This document shows positions 63,314 to 64,000 of a DNA stretch of 64,000 nt, piece by piece (within the stretch, counting starts at the first letter, position 1; every line of letters starts with the position of its first letter). The translations under genes were made by a program, and so were the position numbers. Source of the DNA: Pseudomonadota bacterium (GTDB taxonomy: Bacteria > Pseudomonadota > Alphaproteobacteria > Rhodobacterales > Rhodobacteraceae); assembly GCA_039024895.1 (NCBI GenBank), contig JBCCPJ010000005.1:29109-93108 (forward strand), read 5' to 3'. The notes under the pieces were generated by a model that was not told the origin of the DNA, made no database searches, and saw only the letters and a list, made by a program, of their open reading frames with translations.

Positions 63314-64000
63314 TCAAGCTCCAGATAACAGCGAAATCATGCCCAAGAGCGCCCCGGCAAGAAGTGTCCGCCCGATGCCAAGTTTAAAAACCAACAACAA
63401 GAGTGTGGCGATGAACGCGATGAGGGTCGCGAGCAGGTTGAGCGAGGCAAGTTCAGGTCTGATGATCTGGACAGGACCGCTGGCGAAGGTGTCGATCTGG
63501 CGAAAGATGACATGTGCCGCGAACCAGAGCGACAGGTTCAGGATGACACCCACCACGGCAGCGGTGATTGATCGCAAAGCGCCAGAAAGGCGGGGCATGT
63601 GGAGCAGTCGCTCAACATAGGGTGCACCGGTAAATATCCAAAGAAAGCACGGCACGAAAGTCACCCATAGCGTCACCAGTGCGGCCAGAACGCCAAGGCC
63701 AAGCCCCGCTTCGCGATACCCTGCAAGAAAGCCGACAAATTGCGTGACGAGAATCAGCGGCCCCGGCGTTGTTTCTGCCAAACCAAGCCCGTCCATCATG
63801 TTTTCCGTTGTGATCCAGCCGAAGTCCGCAACCACGGTTTGGGTCATATAGGCCAAGACGGCATAAGCTCCGCCAAAGGTCACGACGGCCAATCGGGAAA
63901 AGAAGAGCGCGATCTCCGCAAGCAGCGTGGCATTGGCGAGCCAAAGCACTGCGATCGGGGCAAACCAAATCGCCAGCCATATTGTAACCGTGGTGAGTGT
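63314..64000 (-). CDS. chrA: chromate transporter (CHR family), 5'-partial at the window edge
   Basis: VTFGGAYAVLAYM CHR motif. The frame stays open upstream of the listed start (GTG at 63949) to position 64000, so the gene continues outside the window. Confidence 0.8.
   Translation of the reverse strand, partial: TLTTVTIWLAIWFAPIAVLWLANATLLAEIALFFSRLAVVTFGGAYAVLAYMTQTVVADFGWITTENMMDGLGLAETTPGPLILVTQFVGFLAGYREAGLGLGVLAALVTLWVTFVPCFLWIFTGAPYVERLLHMPRLSGALRSITAAVVGVILNLSLWFAAHVIFRQIDTFASGPVQIIRPELASLNLLATLIAFIATLLLLVFKLGIGRTLLAGALLGMISLLSGA

Overview
High-GC alphaproteobacterial chromosomal core, Rhodobacterales-like by gene content and order (inference only, no search run). Layout left to right: GNAT-GNAT-obgE-proB-proA; chpT; olsBA; a thiE-like gene; M32 carboxypeptidase-ctaA; trmJ-like; moaA; glmU-glmS; sugar and HAD genes; an NCS2 permease; an ivd operon; a 20-kb nuoA-N operon (28279..48572); birA-coaX-rnj; a DEAD-box helicase; prfC; an SDR; an orphan ABC ATPase; yafY; tatABC; sspB; a partial chrA. 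I saw no rRNA, tRNA, CRISPR array, transposase, integrase or phage genes. I found no convincing self-contained new system such as a defence island. The points most worth a second look are: (1) glmS carries an in-frame TAG at codon 39, which separates the catalytic Cys from the rest of the enzyme. (2) The nuo operon holds about a dozen non-nuo ORFs, most joined by overlapping stop/start codons. These include a membrane-anchored paralogue of the NuoE C-terminal tail, a Cys-free CMD-family gene, and a 56-aa ORF below the ORF-track cutoff. There is also a 351-bp lower-GC spacer between nuoA and nuoB. (3) Candidate regulatory DNA/RNA: an 11-bp-arm perfect palindrome between yafY and tatA, an 8-bp-arm palindrome over the ivd promoter, two perfect DnaA boxes upstream of the helicase, and a nested-stem leader that pairs with the Shine-Dalgarno of the SDR gene. 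Functional calls rest on motifs recognised by eye in the supplied translations. Many long antisense ORFs in the track are high-GC shadow frames and were not called.
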